DNA of 64,000 nt from a virus. Made by a program: the position numbers and the translations under genes. Below, in pieces: positions 1-8,661 of this stretch (position 1 is its first letter; the number at the start of each line of letters is the position of its first letter). Location of the stretch: positions 1 to 64,000 of IMG/VR virus record IMGVR_UViG_3300046454_000807. The stretch is one strand, 5' to 3'. The notes under the pieces are model-generated. The model saw only the letters and a list, made by a program, of their open reading frames with translations. It did no database searches and had not been told where the DNA came from.

Positions 1-156
1 GCGCCGGCGCCGACCCCCGGTAATGCACCCGAAGGCAAAGGGGGCGAAGTCTGCGTGCGGAACCCGGCGCTGCCCGCCTGCGTCCATGCAGGCTCGAACG
101 GGGTCGGGGCGGAAGTCGGCGGCGTTGGCGTCGAAGTCGGAACGTCCGGCGAATAG
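1..156 (+). CDS. 3' end of a Pro/Gly-rich hypothetical protein (truncated by the window)
   Basis: Frame 1 open from base 1 to TAG at 154-156 (APAPTPGNAPEG...GTSGE), GC3-rich codons. Confidence 0.6.
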   Translation, partial: APAPTPGNAPEGKGGEVCVRNPALPACVHAGSNGVGAEVGGVGVEVGTSGE

Positions 157-177
157 CCCCTTGCGCTGGTCCCCCAG

Positions 178-552
178 GTGCGATATACCTGGTGGCGGCT
201 AGTAGCGATGGCAGTAAGAACTGACTGGCATGAGGACGCAACTGTCGGCCCCCCAGGGCTCGATCCGTTCGAGCTGGCATCATCCGGTGCCATGAGCGTT
301 GATCTCCCTATCGGACTCGACACCAGCGCCGAGGAGCTGACCAGGCGTCTGTCGTCGCTGATACGTCGCGAGGCCCGACTGTTCAACATGGGCACCACCT
401 GCCCAATCAAGGACAGCTCGGAAACCTCCTGTCTTGCGTGCCCGCTTTCCCAGGTCGGTCAGGACTGTGTGAAAGCTGGCCTCTGCGAGACCGGCTGCGA
501 GCAGGAGCGGGTTCAGACGCTGCTGCTGGCCAAGCAACACAGTGGGCGCTGA
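178..552 (+). CDS. Cys-rich hypothetical protein (start may be ATG 208)
   Basis: C-terminal C-x9-CxxC-x7-C-x5-C-x3-C cluster; overlaps the next gene. Confidence 0.7.
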   Translation: MRYTWWRLVAMAVRTDWHEDATVGPPGLDPFELASSGAMSVDLPIGLDTSAEELTRRLSSLIRREARLFNMGTTCPIKDSSETSCLACPLSQVGQDCVKAGLCETGCEQERVQTLLLAKQHSGR

Positions 553-994
553 GGGCGCCGGCCCTCGACCCTGGCGCCAGCGTAGGGCCAGGACGATCTT
601 CCTCCGGGTGCCCTACTCTGACTGGGGGCTCGTCAGATCAGGGCGCAAGATGGAGTTCCGGTCCTCCCCAAGGGCTTGTCCGCAGCTCTGGGATGTCGAG
701 CCCCCTCTTCCCGTCGTCGCCTACGCGATCTTCCGCAACGGCGACTACAAGCACGAGCTGATGGTCCTGGAGGAGACCTGGCGCGAGCCGCTGGGCTCGA
801 TCTCGGCCGAGTCGCTCGCGGCGGAGGGTCAGCGCGACATGGCCCACTTCCGCCGCTACTGGATGAAGCGCGAGAGCCGAGCCTTCGAGCCGATGCGGAT
901 CGTTAGCGTCTTCAGGGTGCGGCCGTGGGTGTCGGCGGATGATCGAGCGATGGCCGACCGGCTGCTCGATCGCCTCTACGGGGAGTTCACGTGA
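542..994 (+). CDS. ASCH/PUA-like domain protein
   Basis: SGRKMEFR matches the ASCH GxKxxExR motif; downstream 'ISAESLAAEG...FRRYW' is typical of ASCH. Confidence 0.7.
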   Translation: MGAEGAGPRPWRQRRARTIFLRVPYSDWGLVRSGRKMEFRSSPRACPQLWDVEPPLPVVAYAIFRNGDYKHELMVLEETWREPLGSISAESLAAEGQRDMAHFRRYWMKRESRAFEPMRIVSVFRVRPWVSADDRAMADRLLDRLYGEFT

Positions 995-1377
995 GCGGCC
1001 CGGTCTCCACCTTCGAGCCCGAAGAATCCGGCATGACCGCGGAGCGCCGAGCCTTCCACTACGCCGCCCAGAAGCAGCGCATCTGCCGAGGATGCAGGGC
1101 GAAGTGGCCCTGGCATCCACACCACGTCGTCTACGAGCAGGAAGTGAAACGTCTTGGCGGCGATGTCAATGACGTGAGGAACGCGCTGCGCCTCTGCCCG
1201 GACTGCCACGCGAACCACCACGGCCGATCGCGGCCGATCAAGCTCACCCAGCTAACCGACGCAAATTACGAGTTCGCGTTCGAGCTGATGGGCGAGCGCG
1301 CCGCTGACTACCTGCGACAGAAGTACGATGGCGACGATCCCCGACTAGAGGAGTGGGTGCAGCGTGTTCGAGACTGA
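991..1377 (+). CDS. HNH endonuclease (terminase-associated)
   Basis: CRGC...HHVV...NALRLCPDCHANHH; lies upstream of the terminase genes. Confidence 0.9.
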   Translation: MSGPVSTFEPEESGMTAERRAFHYAAQKQRICRGCRAKWPWHPHHVVYEQEVKRLGGDVNDVRNALRLCPDCHANHHGRSRPIKLTQLTDANYEFAFELMGERAADYLRQKYDGDDPRLEEWVQRVRD

Positions 1378-2002
1378 AGCGCCGGGCGGCGGCCAGCTCG
1401 TCCTTCGCAGCCAGGAGGAGGTTGACCTTTACGACGAGATGTCGAGTGCCTACCAGCGCGACTACAGGCTGGTGCGGCAGAGCGAGAAAATCCTGCTCGG
1501 CTCGATCCTCGGCCAGGCGCTGATCCTCTTCCGTGCCCAGCAGGAAATGGCCGGTATGGTCGAGAAGACCGACGCCGGCGGCGTGCCAACTGGCGAGTAC
1601 GAGGAAAAGGAACTGAAGCCAGCCGAGCGTGTCGCAATTCAGAAGACGATTACCGAAGCGACCAAAGAGATCAGGGAGATCGAGAAAGCGCTTGGGATAG
1701 ATAAGAAGTCCCGCGACTCAGGTGGACAGGAATCAGTCGCGCTCTACATCTTGAATCTGAAGAAAGCAGCTAACCGGATGGGGATACACATCTTCCGTCG
1801 GGTGAAACTGTACGAAGAATTCGTCATGCAGATGAGCTGGCGGCTGCGGCTCCTGCGCAATGGTGACGACGAGGACAAGCAGTACCATGACATCAGCCCG
1901 GAGAAAATCTGCGAGTGGGCTGAGTCACAGATCGCCATGCTGGCGGAGTTCGACCAGATGTTCGCGAAAGACCAAGCTCGACTGTTCGGAGGCAAGCTGT
2001 GA
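1364..2002 (+). CDS. Putative terminase small subunit
   Basis: Helical 212-aa protein between the HNH gene and TerL; positional inference. Confidence 0.5.
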   Translation: MFETEAPGGGQLVLRSQEEVDLYDEMSSAYQRDYRLVRQSEKILLGSILGQALILFRAQQEMAGMVEKTDAGGVPTGEYEEKELKPAERVAIQKTITEATKEIREIEKALGIDKKSRDSGGQESVALYILNLKKAANRMGIHIFRRVKLYEEFVMQMSWRLRLLRNGDDEDKQYHDISPEKICEWAESQIAMLAEFDQMFAKDQARLFGGKL

Positions 2003-2229
2003 CGACGGAGGAGAGGCTGCAAGAAGCCGCGGCACTTGGAGACAAGATGCTGGAGCTGCTCGATGAGGTAACCGACCACGGCGCCGGTGCCGGCGGCAGC
2101 CAGTTCATCGGCCTCACTCAGCGTTGGGGCACGCTGATGGGGGACTGCCAGCGAGCCGGTCTGGTGGACGCGCCCGAGCACCCCGAGGACCCGATGGAGG
2201 AGTGGGGCTCTCACGGGGGGTCGGATTGA
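1999..2229 (+). CDS. Hypothetical protein
   Basis: GTGA overlap with the upstream stop; coding-like codon bias. Confidence 0.7.
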   Translation: MTTEERLQEAAALGDKMLELLDEVTDHGAGAGGSQFIGLTQRWGTLMGDCQRAGLVDAPEHPEDPMEEWGSHGGSD

Positions 2230-2774
2230 AGCGCCGTCGGTTCCTTCGCCGCGTCCTCGAACGTCTCTGGGTGACGGAGGTCATCGGGCAGGACGAGTGC
2301 CCGCTGATGCTGCGCTGGACGATCGTAAAGCTGCCCTTCGGCAAGCTGATGATCCACCATTTCCCACCGAACGTCACCGACCGCGATCCACACGACCACC
2401 CTTCACCCTTCATCTCGCTGATCCTCAAGGGTGGTTACTTCAACATTGAGTGGATCAAGGTTGATCTACCGGGTCAGGAGCACATGGCAGAGGTCGAGTG
2501 GCTCGGCCGCGGGCGGCTCGTTCTCCGCCGCGCCAAGCACATGCACATCACCGAGACGAGCGATCAAGGCGCCTGGACCCTGGTGCTCATGGGACCAAAG
2601 ACTCGACGCGAGTGGGGGTTCCTGCGGCTCGCCGACGACAAGTGGTGGGAGTGGAAAGCCTACGTCGAGCGCTGGGGCGGCGTCGTTCGCTGTGACACCG
2701 GCGAGCTAGACGAAGAGCAGCCCGGCGAGTACGCACCGTATCGCCTCTACAAGGGCACCCACCCGGCGCAGTGA
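2226..2774 (+). CDS. Cupin-like phage protein
   Basis: PHDHPSPFISLILKGGY and HMHI...AWTLVLMG cupin-type His motifs; TTG start overlaps the previous stop. Confidence 0.7.
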   Translation: MKRRRFLRRVLERLWVTEVIGQDECPLMLRWTIVKLPFGKLMIHHFPPNVTDRDPHDHPSPFISLILKGGYFNIEWIKVDLPGQEHMAEVEWLGRGRLVLRRAKHMHITETSDQGAWTLVLMGPKTRREWGFLRLADDKWWEWKAYVERWGGVVRCDTGELDEEQPGEYAPYRLYKGTHPAQ

Positions 2775-2775
2775 G

Positions 2776-4548
2776 ATGGACCTGACGCTCAAGCAGCTCC
2801 CGGCGTTCCTCGAACAAGACGAGTACACATTTCCCGTTCGCGATCCGAAGGTGGGCCTGATCGAGGGGATGAACGGCCAGTTCGTCAACGAAGGCGACTT
2901 CGACTTCGACATGGACGACCTGCTGCTGATGGCGATCTTGAAAGACTCGCTGTTCGCGGCTGAGTTGCTCTGGGAAGACCCAGCGAACCATGCGTATGGC
3001 GGTCTCTACAGAGTTATCGACTACCAGTACCCCCTCTGGCGTAACGAAGACCCTTACGCTGGCTTCGCCTGCGCTCGCGCGGTGGGTAAGACCGAGAGCA
3101 TCAAGGGGGACTCGTTCTCTCACACGTTCAAACGACTGCGCGACAACATGCTCGTCACCGCGCCCGAGCTAATCCACCTTCACCCGCTGACCGATGCCAT
3201 CGAGGAACGTATTCGCGACACGCGGCTGACCCGAGAATTCCTTGACATCCGCGGGGGTAAGACTGGCTTCACGCACAAACCCTTCGGCGTTGACTTCCTT
3301 GACGGGACGAAGATCGTCGGACGCATCCCGCGGCTGACCGGCACCGGCGTCAAGGGCCAGCATCAGCCCGACCTCCGCGTAGAGGAGGCTCAGGACTACC
3401 CCGAGCGCGGCTGGACGGAGGTCCACGAGACCGTCAACAAGGACCATGTGGACCGGGAGGGTAAACCCGACTTCACCTACTGGTTCTACGGCGTGCATTC
3501 CGGGGCGCGCGAGTCAGGGTTCTACAAACGCATCAACAAAGGTGCGTTCAAACTCATCACCATCACCAAGCTGATGACGAAAACCTGGAACAAGGCCGAG
3601 AAGGATGCGGCGATCGCCGCCTATGGTGGAACCAACTCTCCCGATTACCGACGCAACATCCTTGGTGAGGCTGGGGCGCCGGCCAGCCCGTTCTTCGTGA
3701 TGTCCCGACTGATGGCCGCTATCGACCAGAACCGCGAGAGTGACTACAACCAGAACTCCTACGTCAAGCAGAGAATTCACGCTGAGGACATCGAGGAGCT
3801 GGACATGACGATGCAGGACATCCTCGACCTGCCGGCTGACTTCGGGTCGATCCACGCGGGGATGGACGTGGGCCTGACGATCGCGCCAACGGTGATAGTG
3901 CTGTTCTCAAAGGAGAAGATAGAAGGGCGCGAACGGTTGAAGCTGCTGCGGCTTTACGAACTCTGGCGCCTGCGCCCGAAGCAGATCAGGGCAGCCCTCT
4001 ACGCACTCGCCTTTCACTTTGGTCCCAAGATGCTGAGCTTCGGGATGGACGTGACCGGGCTCGGCTTCCCGATGTTCCAGGAGATGGAGGACGACGAGGC
4101 GGCTCCGTCGCGGCTCCTGGAGGTCTCGCGGGGGTACTTCTTCAATGCCTCCGTGCCGGTTGGCGTTCACAAGGACTTCATCATTGAGGACACCAAGGGT
4201 CAGATGCGCGACCAGTACGGATCGGCGGTGAAGGAGGAAATGGACCCGCTGACCGGAGAGAAACGCTTTGTCACCACGATGCCGATGATCGAGGCCAGCA
4301 CTCGCTACACCAGGGATTGGATCGACACCGGGCGGATGCTGCTCCCCTTCGACCCCGAGGTCGTCGGCGACATGCAGGGCGAGACGCACCAGCGGGTGAA
4401 AGCTGTAGGTGAACGCCGAGGGAAGAAGCCGAATGCCTTCCACATCCTCGATGCGATCCGTGCCGCCGCGATGGCAGAGCGCGCCGAGGAAATCGAGGAG
4501 TCGATGGCGCACGGCGAGCAGGAAGACGTACTGGACATGGTGGGATGA
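2776..4548 (+). CDS. terL: Terminase large subunit
   Basis: Walker A ARAVGKT, Walker B-like VEEAQD, RNase H-fold nuclease motifs GMDVG, GMDVTG, HILDA. Confidence 0.92.
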   Translation: MDLTLKQLPAFLEQDEYTFPVRDPKVGLIEGMNGQFVNEGDFDFDMDDLLLMAILKDSLFAAELLWEDPANHAYGGLYRVIDYQYPLWRNEDPYAGFACARAVGKTESIKGDSFSHTFKRLRDNMLVTAPELIHLHPLTDAIEERIRDTRLTREFLDIRGGKTGFTHKPFGVDFLDGTKIVGRIPRLTGTGVKGQHQPDLRVEEAQDYPERGWTEVHETVNKDHVDREGKPDFTYWFYGVHSGARESGFYKRINKGAFKLITITKLMTKTWNKAEKDAAIAAYGGTNSPDYRRNILGEAGAPASPFFVMSRLMAAIDQNRESDYNQNSYVKQRIHAEDIEELDMTMQDILDLPADFGSIHAGMDVGLTIAPTVIVLFSKEKIEGRERLKLLRLYELWRLRPKQIRAALYALAFHFGPKMLSFGMDVTGLGFPMFQEMEDDEAAPSRLLEVSRGYFFNASVPVGVHKDFIIEDTKGQMRDQYGSAVKEEMDPLTGEKRFVTTMPMIEASTRYTRDWIDTGRMLLPFDPEVVGDMQGETHQRVKAVGERRGKKPNAFHILDAIRAAAMAERAEEIEESMAHGEQEDVLDMVG

Positions 4549-4970
4549 CCGTCCGCGCCGAGGTCCAGACGCTCGACGAGATCAAGGCGACGATTCAGGA
4601 AGTCGCGGCGCTGCGGATGCCGGACTTCGAGGCGGTCGAGGCCCACGACAAGATCGAGATGCTGGAGGACTACCTGCTCGAAACAGCGCGGGCGCGGCAT
4701 GTGCTCGAACAGGCTCGGCTGATCCTGGAGGACGCCTACGAGGAGATCGACGATAAGTGGCGCGCGGTCGAGGGCTTCGAGGTCTACCTGCGCGGGCGCC
4801 CGAAGACGACGCAGGAGATCGACGAAGCCAAGCGCCAGGTCAACCCAGACCTCTTCTACAGCCGGCGGCGGTGCATCAAGCTCCTGCGCCAGCTCGGCAA
4901 CCAGAACCGCCGCATGGAGCGCGACGACGCCGCGTGCAGCCGCGCCTACACAATGCTCACGGGCAGTTAG
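4545..4970 (+). CDS. Coiled-coil hypothetical protein
   Basis: ATGA overlap with TerL; helical composition. Confidence 0.75.
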   Translation: MTVRAEVQTLDEIKATIQEVAALRMPDFEAVEAHDKIEMLEDYLLETARARHVLEQARLILEDAYEEIDDKWRAVEGFEVYLRGRPKTTQEIDEAKRQVNPDLFYSRRRCIKLLRQLGNQNRRMERDDAACSRAYTMLTGS

Positions 4971-4982
4971 TAAGATCGTCAG

Positions 4983-5120
4983 CGGGCTGGCTTCGGTCAG
5001 TCGAGCCCGAGTCCCAGGGCACCGGCATCGCCTCTGTCGGTTGCGTTGACGGTCAGCGGGCGAGGCACCGGGCAACGGTCGTCGGCCTCCTTGACGTTTA
5101 GCGACGCCCAGGGAGACCCG
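4983..5120 (+). ncRNA. Candidate structured ncRNA
   Basis: TAAGAT -10 at 4971-4976; cUUCGg hairpin; stems 5012-5020/5106-5114, 5021-5027/5035-5041 and 5044-5049/5053-5058; G.U pairs favour the + strand. Confidence 0.5.
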
Positions 5121-5133
5121 GCGGCCGCCGGCT

Positions 5134-5151
5134 GCTCGTAAATTAGGCCAC
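5134..5151 (+). promoter_or_regulatory. Late-type promoter GCTCG-TAAATT-AGGC, leaderless
   Basis: -10 at 5139-5144, 7 nt before ATG 5152; motif recurs before structural genes. Confidence 0.7.
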
Positions 5152-5511
5152 ATGGACCGAGATGTGGCCGCAGGTCTCGTGCGCTCCGCGAACCGTTCCG
5201 GCGCGACGCCCAAGCAGAGCGAGAACCCCTACCGCGGCTTGATCCCCGAGCCCGAGGAGCTGGCGATCGGCACGCCCGAGCAGTCCGCGACGGAAGCCGC
5301 CGATCTCAAGCAGGCCGAACGGATGAAGCTGGCCAAAGAAGGCAAGGCTCTCCCCGACGGCAGCTTCCCGATCCGCAACGTCGCAGACCTGAAAAAGGCC
5401 CGCGTCCGCGCGCATCAGGCCGACAACCCCGGAGCCGCCAAGCGCCACATCAAGAAGCGCGAACGCGCTCTCGGCGTCAGCCTCGGGCCTATGGGCGCCT
5501 ACGAAGAATAG
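5152..5511 (+). CDS. DUF6582-like head-associated protein
   Basis: ALPDGSFPIRNVADLKKA...KRHIKKR motif recalled from phage head modules. Confidence 0.6.
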   Translation: MDRDVAAGLVRSANRSGATPKQSENPYRGLIPEPEELAIGTPEQSATEAADLKQAERMKLAKEGKALPDGSFPIRNVADLKKARVRAHQADNPGAAKRHIKKRERALGVSLGPMGAYEE

Positions 5512-5513
5512 GC

Positions 5514-6092
5514 ATGTACGAGGCCGTCGAGTGCTTCTGGGTCGAGCCCGATGGGAAGGCGCTGCACACCCTTCGACGCTACCGCCGCGGCGATAGCCAC
5601 GACTGCCCCGAGGGCGACTACCACTACTCGATCGTCGAGGTCGGTGAGCACGACGTGCGCTGGGCCGACGGCGACGACGGCGGCCACTACATCGCGGCGA
5701 TCGACGTGGCCGAGTACGCCGGGGACCCGCGCTGGCCGACGCACTGCGCCTGCGGTTACGAGTTCACCGAGGACGACCACTGGCAGGTCAACCAGGAGCC
5801 GATCTACGTCGCCGAGGACGGCCGTCGAGCCTGGACGAGCCATGCCTACCACCGCAAACCCACGCCGGGCGCGATGTTCGACACCTTCTGGCGCCCTGAG
5901 CTGCGCAAAGAGGATGGCCTGGCGATCTCCGTCGTCTGCCCCGACGGCGCCGTGTGGTGCATCGACGACGAGGCCACCAGCGGCGGTCACTGGACGCGCA
6001 CCGGCACCGCGCCGAAGCTGACCGTCCAGCCCTCGATTCAGACGCCCGACTACCACGGGCACCTGACCGACGGCGTGCTAACCGCCGGATAG
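5514..6092 (+). CDS. Hypothetical protein with DUF6527-like C-terminus
   Basis: WTRTGTAPKLTVQPSI...YHGHLTDG; CxC and His metal-binding residues. Confidence 0.6.
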   Translation: MYEAVECFWVEPDGKALHTLRRYRRGDSHDCPEGDYHYSIVEVGEHDVRWADGDDGGHYIAAIDVAEYAGDPRWPTHCACGYEFTEDDHWQVNQEPIYVAEDGRRAWTSHAYHRKPTPGAMFDTFWRPELRKEDGLAISVVCPDGAVWCIDDEATSGGHWTRTGTAPKLTVQPSIQTPDYHGHLTDGVLTAG

Positions 6093-6093
6093 C

Positions 6094-6249
6094 GCGAGCC
6101 GACCCCAGCCCCCGCAGAAGAGAGGTCCGACCCCGGCTGGGTGGGTTGCCGAACTTCTATCTTGGCCGGCGCGCTCCGGCGCCCCCGGCTCAGGTCCTCG
6201 ACCCTCGCCGGCCCAAACGCCGGCGGCCGTGGCGTCTTCGCCGGCTCGC
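6094..6249 (-). ncRNA. Candidate ~156-nt structured ncRNA with paired 5'/3' ends
   Basis: CG-TATACT -10 (6261-6256, minus strand) 6 nt before G6249; 10-bp terminal stem GCGAGCCGGC/GUCGGCUCGC; several internal hairpins. Confidence 0.6.
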
Positions 6250-6297
6250 AGGGCGAGTATACGCCGGTCGGGCTCCTCCCACCCTTCCGGCGCAGCT

Positions 6298-6453
6298 CTA
6301 CAGGACGGCGCCGGTCTCCCGGTCGCGGTCGCCGTAGAACTCGGCGTGGCCGTCCACTCTGACGAACATGATCCACGAGCGATCAGCGGGCTCGATCCAC
6401 CCGTCATACCCGTGGCTGTTGTCGGCGTAGCGGCCGATGGTGATATTGGTCAT
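6298..6453 (-). CDS. 51-aa hypothetical protein (MTNITIGRYADNSHGYDGWIEPADRSWIMFV...), absent from the ORF track
   Basis: ATG..TAG with GC3 bias; TAGGCT -10 six nt upstream (leaderless). Confidence 0.7.
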   Translation of the reverse strand: MTNITIGRYADNSHGYDGWIEPADRSWIMFVRVDGHAEFYGDRDRETGAVL

Positions 6454-6520
6454 GGCCGCAGCCTAGCGCCTCGACCCGACCTCTTAGTGCCGTCGGTTCG
6501 CCGCTAAGCCGACCGGCGCC

Positions 6521-6538
6521 GCTCGTAGATTAGGCCCG
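6521..6538 (+). promoter_or_regulatory. Late-type promoter GCTCG-TAGATT-AGGC for the portal gene
   Basis: -10 at 6526-6531, 7 nt before ATG 6539. Confidence 0.7.
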
Positions 6539-8650
6539 ATGGACGTTTACAGCTCGGAGGAGGAGCGTCTGATCCTTCCGCCCGGCGTCAACGCCGGCAA
6601 CCTGGTCGGCGACGACGCGATGGACGGTGTGGTCGTCGATAACCAGACGGGGCTCCCCGACACCATGATCCGCGACGGCGTAGGAACCTTCCTCGCCGAG
6701 AACTCGGCCTACAGCCTGCGGCCCGAATTCCCGATCGAGATGTACACCGACGGATGGGGCTCGATGATGACCCGCACCGAATTCAAGTCGCCGGCGAGCA
6801 TCCCCGACGAGATCAGGCTGGCGCGGCACCTGGCCGAACGCGACGACGACGTGGCGGCGGTCCTCGGCGAGATGGTGGCTCTGGCCTTCTCCGACGGCGT
6901 GCAGGTGATGCACGGCGACGAGCGCACGCAGGCGCTGTTCTGCGCGATCAACGAGGAAATGGACATCGAGGGTGTGTTGGCCAACATGTACCGGGAGTGG
7001 TTGATCGCCTCCGCGGTGACGATCACGCATCTCTACACCCGCCAGAACCTCCAATACTGCCTCGGCTCCGGGGATCGCCAGCTCGAAGCCTCTCTGGCGA
7101 CGCCGCGGGTCGGCGTGCTGCCGGCGGAGAACATCCGCGTCATCGGCAACGACACCTTCGGCACCGCGCAGCTCGCCTTCGAACCCGAAAACGAGAAACA
7201 GCGCCGCTGGCTCCGCGAGTATTTCGACCCTGGCACGTCGCCGGCGCGCAAAGCGGAACTCGGGCGCCTCGATCGCGCGGCCGCCAACATGTTCGTCGGC
7301 CGGATCGCCGCCGACCCCTACGAAGTCAATCAGGCGGTCGTCACTGGAGGGCCGCTCTACCTGCTCAACCCCCGTGTCGTGCAGCGGATCACGATGCCAA
7401 AGGGGACCTGGAAATACCCGCGGCCGATGATGACCCGCGACTTCCCCCTACTGGAGGCCAAGAGGCTGCTGAACGTGATGGACTACGCGCTGCTCCAGGG
7501 CGGCTCGAACTTCATCGTCGTGGCGAAGAAGGGCTCCGACCAGCGGCCGGCGACGAAGAACGAGGTCGCCAACCTGCGCGAAGTGGTCCGGCGAGCCTCA
7601 AAGGTCGGCGTCATGGTCGGCGACCACCGGCTCAGCTTCGAGATCATCACGCCCAAACTCGACGAGCTGCTGAACTCCTCGAAGCGGCGCCTGGTCGGCC
7701 GCAAGCTGGCGATGGCGATCATGCGCGTCGCCGAGCACTCGACCGAGAGCGCCGACGCCAAGGGCATGGAGGCCGAGCTGGAAATCTTCAGCCGCGTAGT
7801 GAGCTGGGACCGGCGCCGGCTCAGCAAGTTCCTCAGACAAACCGTCTACACGGAGACCGCCCGCCGCAACCCGAGATACCTGAAATCGCCAGCCAACCTC
7901 TGGTTCATGCGGCTCGTGCTCCAGGGGCTCTCGGCCTTCACCGAACAGGTGCTCAAGCTGCGCGACCGCGGCGACATCTCCCGGCGCACGGCGGTCGAGG
8001 CGGCCGGGTTCGACTACGACGCCGAGCTTCAGGAGCGCGGCCGCGAGCTTGCCGAAGGCCACGACGAAACGCTGGTGCCAGGCACGGTGCCGCATACGTC
8101 GCCGGATCAGCCTGGCCAGCAGCCGCAGATCAACGACAACGGCGGCGGCCGCCCCCCCGGTGCAAAAACGGGCAAAGGCCCGGAAGACGGTCCCTACAAA
8201 AAACGGACGCTGCTGAAAGTCGCCGGCGAGACGATCAAAGCCTGGTTCGACGAGGACGCGGAGGTCGATCAGGTCGTGAGGATGGGCGAGACCACGATGG
8301 CCGTGCTCGAAGACCACCCCGACCGCGAGATCGGCCGGATGACCGGCAACGAGCGCGAGGCGCTGAGCCTCACCGAGCCCGATCGGATCGGCTCGACGAT
8401 CTACATCCCGGTCAACCCGGCCCACGAGACCGCGGAGGTCCGGGCGGTTCGCCTGACCGACGGCCTGTCGATGCTGATCGGCACGATGTCCGGCTCCGGC
8501 GCCCTGGTCGCTAAGGCGCTCTGCTTCCGCGAGCCGACCTTCGACGTGCGGGCCGCGGAGGAGATCGCGCTGCGGTGGGGCTTCATCACTCGCGAGCTGC
8601 CGGAGCTGCCGGCGCCGAAACCCGACCCAGAGCCAGAGCCGGCGTCGTAA
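6539..8650 (+). CDS. Portal protein with C-terminal extension
   Basis: Position after TerL and before the protease; size; 'DRGDISRRTAVEAAGFDYDAE' portal-like C-terminal motif. Confidence 0.85.
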   Translation: MDVYSSEEERLILPPGVNAGNLVGDDAMDGVVVDNQTGLPDTMIRDGVGTFLAENSAYSLRPEFPIEMYTDGWGSMMTRTEFKSPASIPDEIRLARHLAERDDDVAAVLGEMVALAFSDGVQVMHGDERTQALFCAINEEMDIEGVLANMYREWLIASAVTITHLYTRQNLQYCLGSGDRQLEASLATPRVGVLPAENIRVIGNDTFGTAQLAFEPENEKQRRWLREYFDPGTSPARKAELGRLDRAAANMFVGRIAADPYEVNQAVVTGGPLYLLNPRVVQRITMPKGTWKYPRPMMTRDFPLLEAKRLLNVMDYALLQGGSNFIVVAKKGSDQRPATKNEVANLREVVRRASKVGVMVGDHRLSFEIITPKLDELLNSSKRRLVGRKLAMAIMRVAEHSTESADAKGMEAELEIFSRVVSWDRRRLSKFLRQTVYTETARRNPRYLKSPANLWFMRLVLQGLSAFTEQVLKLRDRGDISRRTAVEAAGFDYDAELQERGRELAEGHDETLVPGTVPHTSPDQPGQQPQINDNGGGRPPGAKTGKGPEDGPYKKRTLLKVAGETIKAWFDEDAEVDQVVRMGETTMAVLEDHPDREIGRMTGNEREALSLTEPDRIGSTIYIPVNPAHETAEVRAVRLTDGLSMLIGTMSGSGALVAKALCFREPTFDVRAAEEIALRWGFITRELPELPAPKPDPEPEPAS

Positions 8651-8661
8651 ATTAGGCAAGG
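8645..8661 (+). promoter_or_regulatory. Late-type promoter TCG-TAAATT-AGGC overlapping the portal stop codon
   Basis: -10 at 8648-8653, 8 nt before ATG 8662. Confidence 0.65.

Noticed and set aside
6754-8514. Long Arg/Pro-rich alternative-frame and antisense ORFs (also 29877-31043, 33122-34432, 37984-39198, 45798-47018)
   Set aside because: Typical high-GC shadow ORFs overlapping genes that carry clear motifs.
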